From a virus (taxonomy: Duplodnaviria; Caudoviricetes), in the IMG/VR virus record IMGVR_UViG_3300028888_000047, positions 96,001 to 160,000 of that record: a stretch of DNA of 64,000 bases; one strand, given 5' to 3'. Numbering within the stretch: the stretch's first letter is position 1; each line of letters begins with the position of its first letter. The notes beneath the pieces were generated by a model. It saw nothing but the letters and a program-made list of their open reading frames with translations. It searched no databases and was not told the DNA's origin. Below are positions 18,796 through 28,318 of the stretch, piece after piece. A program made the position numbers and the translations under genes.

Positions 18796-20631
18796 TTAAA
18801 CCACACTCAAGTTGGTGTCTTTATGCTCCTTGTATAGAGAATGTATGTTTGGAATAAGCACTTTTTGACCGACCTCTATGTTATACACAAGTAATCTCTT
18901 ATTGCCGCCAATCTTAAGCCCATTGTCTTCAATTGTTGCATCAAGTACCACATATACAGCAGACTTGCCCAAATCATCGTTTGTGAGATAATCACGATTT
19001 GTTTCAAGCACGAAATCCTTAATCTTATATGGTCTAAACTGATAAACCAATGAATCAGGAGTAAATGACTCAAAACGCTTTATCTGACTTGCTCTTGTAT
19101 AGTTATTCTTACCACTCAATACAGCCTCACCAATGTAATCATATTCAAGAGAAATATTATGCCTCTTCAAAATATCCGGTAAAGCTAATTTCATGTAAGA
19201 TACCCTGTTCTTTAACTGAGAACTAAATTGGTATATTTCCCTAATTTCTTTATCAGACAGGTCAATAGCAATATTACCTCTTGGTTTTGTTCCAAGTTGA
19301 GCCATTGGATTCTTAACATCATTTGGAATCCACTGAAATGTTGTCTTGCTACAAGGTACAATCTTTCTATTCTGAAAATCATTCTCCCATGCAGAATACA
19401 TATCAGCAAACTTCTTATTTACATAAATGTATGTATTGCCAATTGTAGACTTCTTATCACGATAACCACATAAACGACCAAGTAATGCTTGCGCTGTAGT
19501 ATCTGCTTTAAGAGAATAGTCATATATCATGTAGATATAATCCTTTAATCTTGCATCAAGAGTAATACCTGCTCTAAACGCACCCTTAATTAGAACAATT
19601 AGAGGCTTGACATACATCTTTGGAACGCTGCCGATGAGAGCGTTAGAATGCTTCATACTATCAACCCTCTTATTATATTCATTCTTATTGATTAGGTCAT
19701 TTGCAATTTCATTGAACTTATCATATTCAATGTTGCTACCTGATGAATACATTTCATGAATATCAAAATCCTTTGCAATATATGGATTGGATTCAATAAC
19801 ATTAAAATACCGTGTGCGGATGAAGATAACTCCTGCTTCGTCATTATCAACCATCCTTTGATGTGCGTCATTGATATAATCAAATATCATGCCATCTTCT
19901 TCAATGTCATCCTTTTCAGCGTCCATAACCTGGCCATTATAAAGGTATTCAGACACTCCAACATAATCCTTCGATGGTTTAAGTTCAACAATGCTCTTAA
20001 CTTCCTTAGTGTCACTTACAATTTCATCAAATGGAGTTGCTGATACTGATATGATATAGATATTCCTCTTAATAAGTTCATTTGTGTCTCTCCAATCAAT
20101 ATCATGTTGATAAAGAAACTTGGTCAATATGTTATTCTTACCTGAGCCATAATGAGCCTCATCAATAAAGATAACAGTATTATTGATGTCACCGTCATAT
20201 TTCAATAAGTCACTATTCTTCATAACGAAATAATGATTTACTGACAGGTTTTTCTTGCTCCTTAATCCTGAATATATATTATCCTTATTTGCGCCAATGA
20301 CTTGTTCTTCAACACGCTTTAATGTCTGAGACTTTAGTCCACAGTCATTCATGCCTGTGATGAACATGTATTTATCAACGGCAAGATAACGCTGAAGCTT
20401 GGTCTGTGATATTATATTAACAACAGCATTACACACGCCTGTCTTTCCACTCTGCATCTTAGCGGCAAGGATAACATGGTTTCTTCGTGTGGTTTTTCTT
20501 GCTAAGTTGGCAACCACATCTTTGGCTGTGTTTATTTGACTATCGAATAAATAGCCATGCTTTTTGCTAAATGTCTTTCTAAATTTGTCGTTTGGGGTTT
20601 TTAAAATCTCTTCAATATTAAACATTGCCAT
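18796..20631 (-). CDS. superfamily-2 helicase/ATPase-like protein
   Basis: Walker A MQSGKT, DEAH, SAT, motif VI-like QALLGRLCGY. Confidence 0.8.
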   Translation of the reverse strand: MAMFNIEEILKTPNDKFRKTFSKKHGYLFDSQINTAKDVVANLARKTTRRNHVILAAKMQSGKTGVCNAVVNIISQTKLQRYLAVDKYMFITGMNDCGLKSQTLKRVEEQVIGANKDNIYSGLRSKKNLSVNHYFVMKNSDLLKYDGDINNTVIFIDEAHYGSGKNNILTKFLYQHDIDWRDTNELIKRNIYIISVSATPFDEIVSDTKEVKSIVELKPSKDYVGVSEYLYNGQVMDAEKDDIEEDGMIFDYINDAHQRMVDNDEAGVIFIRTRYFNVIESNPYIAKDFDIHEMYSSGSNIEYDKFNEIANDLINKNEYNKRVDSMKHSNALIGSVPKMYVKPLIVLIKGAFRAGITLDARLKDYIYMIYDYSLKADTTAQALLGRLCGYRDKKSTIGNTYIYVNKKFADMYSAWENDFQNRKIVPCSKTTFQWIPNDVKNPMAQLGTKPRGNIAIDLSDKEIREIYQFSSQLKNRVSYMKLALPDILKRHNISLEYDYIGEAVLSGKNNYTRASQIKRFESFTPDSLVYQFRPYKIKDFVLETNRDYLTNDDLGKSAVYVVLDATIEDNGLKIGGNKRLLVYNIEVGQKVLIPNIHSLYKEHKDTNLSVV

Positions 20632-20634
20632 TAA

Positions 20635-20850
20635 TTATTTGTTAATCTTCTTCAACTCTGTAAACTTTACTTTCTCATGTGGCAGTAAATTCATATTCTT
20701 AATCTTAACTACTATATCACTCCTATGCTTTACGCTCAAATCCATCGCGCTAGGAACCACATAATCACCAACGTTAACAGCGCCGCTATCTAAGCGAATA
20801 CCGTTAATCACGCCAATTCCAAGGCAATTAAGTAAACAAAATTTTTTCAT
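20635..20850 (-). CDS. hypothetical protein
   Basis: ORF after promoter cassette. Confidence 0.55.
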   Translation of the reverse strand: MKKFCLLNCLGIGVINGIRLDSGAVNVGDYVVPSAMDLSVKHRSDIVVKIKNMNLLPHEKVKFTELKKINK

Positions 20851-20871
20851 ATCATTGTAATCTTTTGGCTG

Positions 20872-20927
20872 CAAAGATAAGAAAAAAACGTGAGATAAAC
20901 AAAAATCTCACGTTAAATAATGTTAAA
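20872..20927 (-). promoter_or_regulatory. fused terminator-promoter cassette (copy 3)
   Basis: AACGTGAGAT..ATCTCACGTT hairpin, T-run, TATCTTTG. Confidence 0.75.
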
Positions 20928-20936
20928 ACAAAAATA

Positions 20937-21341
20937 TTATACTTTGTTCATTGCTTTTTTAAGCCTAAGTAATAGTATTTGTCTTGCAGTACCAATTGAA
21001 TCAACTATATACTTTGAATCCTTACAGAACATATTAGGAGAAGAGTTACTGAGCGTTACATGATAAAACCCATAATATTCCTTTATTGTTTTAAAGGTTT
21101 CAAGAATTCTATCCTCATCATCATCTTTCCACTTATCCAAAAATTTTCTTATTTCCTCAATAACAGAATTAATTAAATCCCTGGCGTTTATGAATTTATC
21201 ATAATAATCTCTAACACACATATGAGACAATTCATATGAAAGATAATCCATTGATTCTATAATACCTGATAAAAATACGCAAGAATCAGTATAAAAATAA
21301 TTTATTTTTGATTTCATATTATTAATCAAATCCATTTTCAA
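20937..21341 (-). CDS. hypothetical protein
   Basis: 134 aa ORF. Confidence 0.65.
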   Translation of the reverse strand: MKMDLINNMKSKINYFYTDSCVFLSGIIESMDYLSYELSHMCVRDYYDKFINARDLINSVIEEIRKFLDKWKDDDEDRILETFKTIKEYYGFYHVTLSNSSPNMFCKDSKYIVDSIGTARQILLLRLKKAMNKV

Positions 21342-21768
21342 TCAATTCTTCAATAATCTCCCAACGGGTATCAAGCTTTGCGCCGGCTTCTTTCAAGAAA
21401 AATCTATTAAAGGCTTCTTCACCGTGTATTTCAATAAACTTTTCTTTAGTGCCATACATCTTAACTCGTTCTATTGCATAACGTATTAATGCATTGCACT
21501 TGATTACATCACAACTAATACCAAATACTTTTTTCTTTTCAATATATTCATTTCTTACGTCATCAGGAAGATTTTCGAATCTCTCAGCTCTTGTCGGTAT
21601 GTATAATTCATCGTAGATGGTATTTACAGCCTCTTTGAGCCATTTTTCTCTATCAGCCTTACACCAATCCACAAGGTCTTTTTTTAGGCTGTCCTGAGCG
21701 ATTCTATTGTAATCTAAATCGTCAAATGATAAAATGGCGCATCCATTGGGATAAATTTCATTTTTCAT
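21322..21768 (-). CDS. hypothetical protein
   Basis: 148 aa ORF. Confidence 0.7.
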   Translation of the reverse strand: MKNEIYPNGCAILSFDDLDYNRIAQDSLKKDLVDWCKADREKWLKEAVNTIYDELYIPTRAERFENLPDDVRNEYIEKKKVFGISCDVIKCNALIRYAIERVKMYGTKEKFIEIHGEEAFNRFFLKEAGAKLDTRWEIIEELIENGFD

Positions 21769-22153
21769 CTTTAATAATTTCTATTTTTTTTGTTTTAGCT
21801 GACTGCCATTTGACATCAAAATGTTTTTTCTCTACATATTTTTTAGCACAATCTTTGCAACATGTTATTATCCAACCTTTTGTGTGACCTATATTTTCTC
21901 TAGTTCCACAAAATTCGCAAACATTGTACGAATCACTTTCAGCTTTTGCGATTTTTTCACGTAGTTCGTCTGTAATATTATGAGCGTAGAATCTTAATCC
22001 TCCAAACTTTTCTTTTATTTGAGTTATGATTATTTTTTCATCTTCTTTTTTATTCTCGTTGTATTTCTCAACGTATTCCACAAGTGGCTCTATAAGGCTA
22101 TTCCAACCTTCATCGCATTCTATTACCACTCCAGCCCTTTCGCTTAATTCCAT
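21758..22153 (-). CDS. conserved phage protein with C-terminal Zn finger
   Basis: EC..GW..QIKEKFGGLRFY..CEFCG..GWI.TCC. Confidence 0.8.
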   Translation of the reverse strand: MELSERAGVVIECDEGWNSLIEPLVEYVEKYNENKKEDEKIIITQIKEKFGGLRFYAHNITDELREKIAKAESDSYNVCEFCGTRENIGHTKGWIITCCKDCAKKYVEKKHFDVKWQSAKTKKIEIIKDEK

Positions 22154-22169
22154 AATAATATATTTTAGT

Positions 22170-22214
22170 CAAATATACAAAAAAAACATGAGATAAAAAA
22201 ATACCTCATGTTAA
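22170..22214 (-). promoter_or_regulatory. fused terminator-promoter cassette (copy 4)
   Basis: AACATGAG..CTCATGTT hairpin, T-run, TATATTTG. Confidence 0.7.
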
Positions 22215-22486
22215 TCTTTGTTAATTTCTTGCTTTTTCACTATGAATCTCATTGAAAGTTCAGACTCATACAAGGTAGCCTTTCTACTTGTTCCGTCCTC
22301 CAAATCAATCATTGTACCGTATATTGTGTTAGTAGTTTTATTTTCTACCTTGAAAATTCTTCTAGGGTATATTATTGTTGGAGGGATATAATAAGTTTCC
22401 CCTTCATTTATATCTTTGAAATCTGTGAGAGGCGGAGTTTTCCTCATCCTTTCATAATCATAAAATCTATTATCAAGCCTTGACAT
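22211..22486 (-). CDS. tandem paralog (PP-domain) protein
   Basis: DFKDINEGETYYIPPTIIYPR. Confidence 0.7.
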   Translation of the reverse strand: MSRLDNRFYDYERMRKTPPLTDFKDINEGETYYIPPTIIYPRRIFKVENKTTNTIYGTMIDLEDGTSRKATLYESELSMRFIVKKQEINKD

Positions 22487-22736
22487 ACGCTACTTTTTTA
22501 ACTATAAATCTGCTGGTTATATCTGTTCTATAAATTGTTTGCATAAAGAATTCGCAAAACTTTCTTATTTTGATATGATTTTCTCCCTTTTCCATTACAA
22601 CAAAATCAAATCTTTTATTGTAAATCAAAGGAGGCATATGATATATTTCTCCTTCTTTAATATCTTCCCACTTAGTTATTGGCTCAACATTTCTAAGTTT
22701 TACGAATGCAAGCATTCTTTTTCTATCAATTTTCAT
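22473..22736 (-). CDS. tandem paralog (PP-domain) protein
   Basis: KWEDIKEGEIYHMPPLIYNKR. Confidence 0.7.
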   Translation of the reverse strand: MKIDRKRMLAFVKLRNVEPITKWEDIKEGEIYHMPPLIYNKRFDFVVMEKGENHIKIRKFCEFFMQTIYRTDITSRFIVKKVAYVKA

Positions 22737-23542
22737 TTCACTAGAGATAAGTATTTATACTCTTCATCTTCCTTATATAGCCAAACGTTTTTATTTTTGT
22801 CAACGTCCAAAGCTTGAATAGAGCCAACATATTTTCTGAGTATTTTCAGTGTCATCCTGTTTTTTTCCAATGTTGGAGGAAGATGATACAAACAATCAAG
22901 CTTTATTTCTCCCCAAGAAGTAATACCTGGTGCAGAACGCCATTTGTCTTTCAGCTCTTTTTCGTATTTTGATTTATTCCACCTTTCCAATTGTTCATCA
23001 GACATAGCAGAAGAATGCTGCTTTAATGGGAATATAATTCTGTTGCCTATTCTTAACCCATCGTTTTTTGGGTTAGTTATTGCATTTTTTATAATTGGAC
23101 ACCAAAATGGCTTTTTTAACTTCTCATCAGGATATGTATTTAATTTTATAACCTTATTAACACCACCAGGTCTTCCTGTTTCTGCTGTGCATCTTGTAGC
23201 AAAAGCATTTTTATTTGGCTTTTGAACTTTCATTAAATATTCGCAGCCATTGCAAAATGGACTATTTTCTGGTAGTTCTTGTGAGCCTTTAAATGGTAGT
23301 GCCAATTGAGTTGGAGAATCAAATGGCGCAACATGGTGTCTCATTGCAGCACCAGGTATGATTATTTGCGATGTTGATGGGTTTTCACCAACAGGTACTA
23401 ATCCAAATTTTGGCATTTTTTTATCTATTTTATTATTTAACAAAGTATCGAGTGGAATGTCATATTTACAACTTTCACACTCGGTACAATCTTTTTTCCC
23501 ACATGGCATTAAATGACAATTATCCATGTCCTTCACCATCAT
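22733..23542 (-). CDS. Cys-rich protein with C-terminal PP-domain
   Basis: CxxCxxC, CxxC..C..WCP; SWGEIKLDCLYHLPPTLEKNR. Confidence 0.7.
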   Translation of the reverse strand: MMVKDMDNCHLMPCGKKDCTECESCKYDIPLDTLLNNKIDKKMPKFGLVPVGENPSTSQIIIPGAAMRHHVAPFDSPTQLALPFKGSQELPENSPFCNGCEYLMKVQKPNKNAFATRCTAETGRPGGVNKVIKLNTYPDEKLKKPFWCPIIKNAITNPKNDGLRIGNRIIFPLKQHSSAMSDEQLERWNKSKYEKELKDKWRSAPGITSWGEIKLDCLYHLPPTLEKNRMTLKILRKYVGSIQALDVDKNKNVWLYKEDEEYKYLSLVK

Positions 23543-24257
23543 CTAAATTACCAATCAGTTCTTCAATATCATCAAGCCAAGGCGCTCTTCCTCCATGACG
23601 AAGTTCGCCCAAAAATTCATTGTCATCTGGCACTCTTCCAAGAGCTTGACCCATAGAATCATTGTCTATTTTTCTATCGCTGAACTTCTTTAATTCATCA
23701 GAATGCTGTTTGAGATAATCATCGAAAGAAACTTTATGGCTTATCTGACCATTCTGAATGCCTTGGATATAATTCTGAAATAACTTAGCCTTAAGTTGCC
23801 CCAAATCAGAAATATTCTTTATTTCCTCTTCATTATGGCGTTCCAAATCTTCCATTGTATCGCCAAATAACTTATTACAACTTAAACTGTATATCTCTTC
23901 TCCCAATGAGCAAAGTTTATCCATAGATACACCATTTGCTTCCATAAAGAAATGTAACAAATGGTTGATTGTCATCGTGACATGCTCATATTTATCCAAG
24001 TCTTTGATACCACCCTTCTTACCGTTACCCCTTGCCATTTCATTGGTAATCTTCTCAAGGGTTTTAACAATGTCTTCAGTACAAGTAGAGGTGGAGAATG
24101 GGCAATCTGAACGCCTTGTCTGATTCTTGATAAGAACCTTCATTATACCGTTATTGGTTACACTCCTTCTAAAAAGCATGTACTTGCCATCAGACTTAAT
24201 GACGCGAATAAAACAGTTGAAAACAACAAGTTCAATGTTTTTATTATCCTTTTTCAT
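23520..24257 (-). CDS. hypothetical protein
   Basis: ORF, likely start MKKDNK. Confidence 0.75.
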   Translation of the reverse strand: MKKDNKNIELVVFNCFIRVIKSDGKYMLFRRSVTNNGIMKVLIKNQTRRSDCPFSTSTCTEDIVKTLEKITNEMARGNGKKGGIKDLDKYEHVTMTINHLLHFFMEANGVSMDKLCSLGEEIYSLSCNKLFGDTMEDLERHNEEEIKNISDLGQLKAKLFQNYIQGIQNGQISHKVSFDDYLKQHSDELKKFSDRKIDNDSMGQALGRVPDDNEFLGELRHGGRAPWLDDIEELIGNLDDGEGHG

Positions 24258-24336
24258 CTTTAAATTTTTAATACAATTTGTGATGAAAATATACACAAAA
24301 TTATTTTAATAGAGAAATAATAATAGTTAAATATTA

Positions 24337-24675
24337 TTAAATCTCATCTACTTCAACAAACAGCTTCTTTTCCAATGGCAAATTTCTCCAATAAGAATAA
24401 TCGCTTGCTTGCCTCTCATACTCACACATTTCCTTTTGCTTGTCAGTAGCAGTGCCATCCATTTCTGCGTTGCGAGCTGCCACCATTTCATTCCAAAATG
24501 CCCAATATTGCGCATTACGCGGCCTAATTAAATAATTGCCACTTGCAATATCACAAGCAACCTGTGAAATCAATCCACATTCACTTTCTGTGATGAATTT
24601 ACACTTGTCTTTTAACATAAGTTTAAATTTCCAAATAATGTGGTTCATAAACTCTTTTATATGCTTCGTTAACAA
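24337..24675 (-). CDS. hypothetical protein
   Basis: ORF; start uncertain. Confidence 0.6.
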   Translation of the reverse strand: MLTKHIKEFMNHIIWKFKLMLKDKCKFITESECGLISQVACDIASGNYLIRPRNAQYWAFWNEMVAARNAEMDGTATDKQKEMCEYERQASDYSYWRNLPLEKKLFVEVDEI

Positions 24676-25315
24676 CTGATACGTTTGTTACAACACTTTC
24701 TCCTCTTTCTTGTGGTTCTTTAGTAACGGAATGAAGATGCCCTGTAAGTACTTGACGTGGTTTCTTATTATCAATAGCATCAGCCAATGGATGACATCCA
24801 ATATGGTCATTTGTTTTCCAAGGAACGTCATCGAGTATTATATCACCAGTACCATATGGGCAATCGTGTGTTAATAACAAATCAACCTTATATGGTATTT
24901 TGCTGTATATTTTTTCCAATTCAACATCAGAAGTCATCCATGCCCAATTATAGAATTGATGACACCAAGGAGTACCATATATGCTTATTTCCTGATATGT
25001 ATCATTTGTTTGTTTTACATATTCTGCTGAAGAATCACAAAGGTATGTAATCTTGGTGTCTTTAAACATAGCTTCCCAATCGTCAGGATGACGCATAGAC
25101 ACCCAGTCGTGATTGCCTGCAATTAAGAACGCTTTCTCACATGGTTGTTTCTCACACCACGGTACAAATTTTTTTGCAAGCCATTTAAGAGTTCCCTCAT
25201 GCAATGCCTGCACATTCAATGGAACAATATCTCCACATATACACAGTATGTCACACGGTTTTATATCAAAATCCAATATACCATGCATATCTGAAATCGC
25301 ACATATTTTTATCAT
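24623..25315 (-). CDS. calcineurin-like metallophosphoesterase
   Basis: SDMHG, CGD, GNHD, THDCP, GHLH. Confidence 0.92.
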   Translation of the reverse strand: MIKICAISDMHGILDFDIKPCDILCICGDIVPLNVQALHEGTLKWLAKKFVPWCEKQPCEKAFLIAGNHDWVSMRHPDDWEAMFKDTKITYLCDSSAEYVKQTNDTYQEISIYGTPWCHQFYNWAWMTSDVELEKIYSKIPYKVDLLLTHDCPYGTGDIILDDVPWKTNDHIGCHPLADAIDNKKPRQVLTGHLHSVTKEPQERGESVVTNVSVVNEAYKRVYEPHYLEI

Positions 25316-25423
25316 AAAAAAAATTAATTTGTTTAATTATTAAAGCCTCACACGCTTTTTCAACGTGTGAGGGTAGTAGTTAACAAATATGCAGTACTGT
25401 TTAACTACAGAAAGATTTTGTTG

Positions 25424-25519
25424 AGTGTTCGGTCCGATTCGAACGGACGTGACGGATTTTTTATTTACCGTTCTAACAGATTTGCAGTCTGCTGGCTCAA
25501 CCAACTCACCCACGAACAC
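25424..25519 (-). tRNA. tRNA-Cys(GCA) with long variable arm
   Basis: GTGTTCG/CGAACAC acceptor, U73, GCAGA-CTGCAAA-TCTGT, T arm GTCCG-TTCGAAT-CGGAC, ~27-nt variable region. Confidence 0.85.
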
Positions 25520-25543
25520 ATTTGGGAGTATTGACTCCCAGTT

Positions 25544-26149
25544 TTAGGCTTTCTTCGTGCTAACGAACTTGCCATCCTTGCCACGTACCACCTTTGGCTT
25601 ATCAGGTGTTGTTCTAACGCGATACTTAGGCTTTGGGCATTTCTTCGTTGATGCAACAGGAGGGTTTGTAGAAGCTGCAACAGCTTCAGCCTTTTCCTTC
25701 AAAGCATCCCTAAGCCAAGAAGCTGTGTTGTTTACCTTGGTTGTAACAGTTTCCTTAAACTTCTTCAAGTTCTCGTCCTCTGCCACATTCTTAGGAATTA
25801 CAACAACAAGATTACCCTTTTTCTTGTCAACAAAGCGATTAAGTTTATCAATGATGCAATTACTTGGTATTGTTGCCTTGGTTTCCCTACGGGTTCCTTT
25901 ACCTGTAACCTTTACAGTGATAACACCATCCTCAATGTTGATGTCAAACTTTTCCTTCTTTTCGTTGAAAGGAATAATAACCTTAAAATCTGACACACTA
26001 TCCTTTATGGTCTTCATGAAATCATTAAAGCCATCAAATGCATTCTTACCTGTTTCCATGATAGAATCGATAGTAGCATCAAAATCGAAGTTGTCGAATG
26101 CCCTCTGGGCATCATTCAAAAGCGACAACGCATTTCCAAAAATACTCAT
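25544..26149 (-). CDS. small heat-shock (Hsp20/alpha-crystallin)-like protein
   Basis: FDINIEDGVITVKV..IP..GNLVVVIPK. Confidence 0.6.
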   Translation of the reverse strand: MSIFGNALSLLNDAQRAFDNFDFDATIDSIMETGKNAFDGFNDFMKTIKDSVSDFKVIIPFNEKKEKFDINIEDGVITVKVTGKGTRRETKATIPSNCIIDKLNRFVDKKKGNLVVVIPKNVAEDENLKKFKETVTTKVNNTASWLRDALKEKAEAVAASTNPPVASTKKCPKPKYRVRTTPDKPKVVRGKDGKFVSTKKA

Positions 26150-26225
26150 AATTCTATAATTTAAAATTAGTTTTTATTTAAAATCAAATACAAATATACA
26201 AAAATGTTTCAAAAAAACAAAATTT

Positions 26226-26912
26226 TTATTCAAGTTTTTTACATTCTTCTTCAGAAAAGTTTTCATGCAATTTATTAAGCCACCATTGTGTTTTAAACTT
26301 GCATTTTGGCATTCTTTGCCCTTTCATTATACTTGAACGTCTGCAAACAACCCCTTCCTTAACTGTAGGGTATTGGCATCCATCTTGAGTCCAATCGTTG
26401 TTTTGTATTGATGCTATGAAATCCTTGGTTAGTTTTCCATGATAAATCAACTCAGGAGTAAGTATCCTTTCGTCTTTACAAAATATATCATAAAAATCAC
26501 TAGGCTCTATATAACCTTTTTTCTTCATAAAAACATCAATAAGGGCAAGATTTAAAGTGTCTCCATCCTTATGAAAACCAGCAAAACTGTTTTCTCCGTA
26601 CCATTCAAAGAAAAATGTCAGTTCTTCAACTCCATTAAAAATTCCTTTTTTGCCTGAATTGTTAACTATGATACTTTTCAAAACATTTTCATAATGTTCT
26701 TTGAAATATCTGACTGCTTCTCCGAAACCTTCTGTGTTTTCATCTACTAGGGTTTGTCTTGAACCAAATGTTGTAAATTGCTTTTTATCGCGACCTTTTG
26801 CAATATACTTTACTCTGAAGTTTTGACCATCTAATTTGTTAAATGCCCAAACATCTTCACCCAATAATGTGCCATCGTCTTGCACCCTCGGTATCGAATC
26901 ATAGCTTTTCAT
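26226..26912 (-). CDS. ATP-dependent RNA-ligase-like nucleotidyltransferase
   Basis: motif I KLDGQN, FFEWYG, KEGVVCR, KFKT. Confidence 0.75.
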   Translation of the reverse strand: MKSYDSIPRVQDDGTLLGEDVWAFNKLDGQNFRVKYIAKGRDKKQFTTFGSRQTLVDENTEGFGEAVRYFKEHYENVLKSIIVNNSGKKGIFNGVEELTFFFEWYGENSFAGFHKDGDTLNLALIDVFMKKKGYIEPSDFYDIFCKDERILTPELIYHGKLTKDFIASIQNNDWTQDGCQYPTVKEGVVCRRSSIMKGQRMPKCKFKTQWWLNKLHENFSEEECKKLE

Positions 26913-26916
26913 AAGC

Positions 26917-26971
26917 CAAATATACAAAAAAAACGTGAAATACGGAAATGTCTCACGTTAAATATTGTTAA
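26917..26971 (-). promoter_or_regulatory. fused terminator-promoter cassette (copy 5)
   Basis: AACGTGAGA..TTTCACGTT, T-run, TATATTTG. Confidence 0.7.
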
Positions 26972-27507
26972 CATATAAACGCTAAATACGTCATAAGAAG
27001 CAATATCAGCACAATTACAAGTATTACGGCAATAATTCCATTGTTTTCACTTTCATTATCACCGCCTTTCATTTTTCGCTTAATGACGAAATTGTATAGT
27101 CCCTTATTTTTCAACACCATTTCAAATGGATGATACCCAGTTTTGTCTTTTTTAAGCCCATCAAGAAGTCCATCATCATTTCTAGCATGAGCAGCATATA
27201 ATTTGCCGTCTTTAAGGGTAAATCCAATAAGTGACAAGTTATAATCCTTAGTGCCCGGCGTTTCGTTTATCTTATTAAAATCAATTATGAAAAACTGTTC
27301 ATGACCGGCTTTGCCAACATAATCATTCCAATGGTACTCTTGGTTTGCAATGCACCATTTTATTGTCTTGTGACAAAATATACGATTACAATCACTAAAT
27401 GAACTAACTTTTATTATGACAATATTGTTTTTGTCATATATAACAGCAGTGTCTTTGCAACTATCAGCAATTGCTTTTAAAAAGTGTTCTTTTCCTTCAA
27501 AAATCAT
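26968..27507 (-). CDS. WCI-domain protein with C-terminal TM anchor
   Basis: KWCIANQEYHWNDY..FFIIDF..LIGFT..AAH; hydrophobic C-terminus. Confidence 0.7.
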   Translation of the reverse strand: MIFEGKEHFLKAIADSCKDTAVIYDKNNIVIIKVSSFSDCNRIFCHKTIKWCIANQEYHWNDYVGKAGHEQFFIIDFNKINETPGTKDYNLSLIGFTLKDGKLYAAHARNDDGLLDGLKKDKTGYHPFEMVLKNKGLYNFVIKRKMKGGDNESENNGIIAVILVIVLILLLMTYLAFIC

Positions 27508-27509
27508 AA

Positions 27510-28214
27510 TTAAACGGTTCTATATGCTCTTTCTAATTTATCTGTACGATATTCAAATGCACTTAATCCATCCTTAGCAATCTTATTCAACGCAGCAATG
27601 GCGCTTTCAATATTATCCAAGCTTTTAAACGTTCTGGTCATTAGAATTCTCAAACCCAAACGTCTACCTTCGCCATTAATACACTCTCTATCCTTAAACT
27701 CATCCAACACACCCGAAGATACAACGCCATTATATAACAGCTTCATCTTGCTTTTAGCATTGTCAAGCTTCCATGATAATTTTTGTACATAATGGAACAC
27801 GGCCTTTTCGTTACCCTTGGCAACATCAGAAATTTCCTTAATAGCATCAACAATCTGATAAGCATCAACCCTGAACAAACGAAATGGCTCATCAACTTCA
27901 GGCAACTTCAAAATAAGGTTTGCAATTGTTCCCCATTGACGATATGCATTATCATAATATGCAGCAAGACTCTTAATTGGTCCTGCATTTTTAACAATAT
28001 TCTTGATAATGCCCGGAAGTATTGTTATTTCAGTTTCACGCTTTTTCTTGGCTTCTTTCTTAGCCTTGTTTATTTCACGCTGCTTTTTCTTTGACAATTT
28101 GCTCTGGATTTCCTTGTCCTTTTCTCGCTTGTATTTGCGATACTCTTGCATTGTCATTTTCTTGCCACCGATTACTATATAAGTGGTGGCTTCATAACTA
28201 TTCATGCTTGCCAT
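27510..28214 (-). CDS. hypothetical helical protein
   Basis: 234 aa ORF after TATCTTTG promoter. Confidence 0.75.
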   Translation of the reverse strand: MASMNSYEATTYIVIGGKKMTMQEYRKYKREKDKEIQSKLSKKKQREINKAKKEAKKKRETEITILPGIIKNIVKNAGPIKSLAAYYDNAYRQWGTIANLILKLPEVDEPFRLFRVDAYQIVDAIKEISDVAKGNEKAVFHYVQKLSWKLDNAKSKMKLLYNGVVSSGVLDEFKDRECINGEGRRLGLRILMTRTFKSLDNIESAIAALNKIAKDGLSAFEYRTDKLERAYRTV

Positions 28215-28318
28215 AATCTATTTTATTCAAGTATGGTGCAAAGATAATCATTTTTTCCAATATACGCAAATATATTTGGTTAAAAAAAGTTAAAGGGCAG
28301 AATAATCTGCCCAATTTG

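Noticed and set aside
25557-26159. 200-aa plus-strand ORF antisense to the Hsp20-like gene (also 35421-36074, 37642-38211 and many shorter plus-strand ORFs)
   Set aside because: Shadow ORFs of minus-strand genes: Ser/Phe/Leu-rich, no motifs, no promoters
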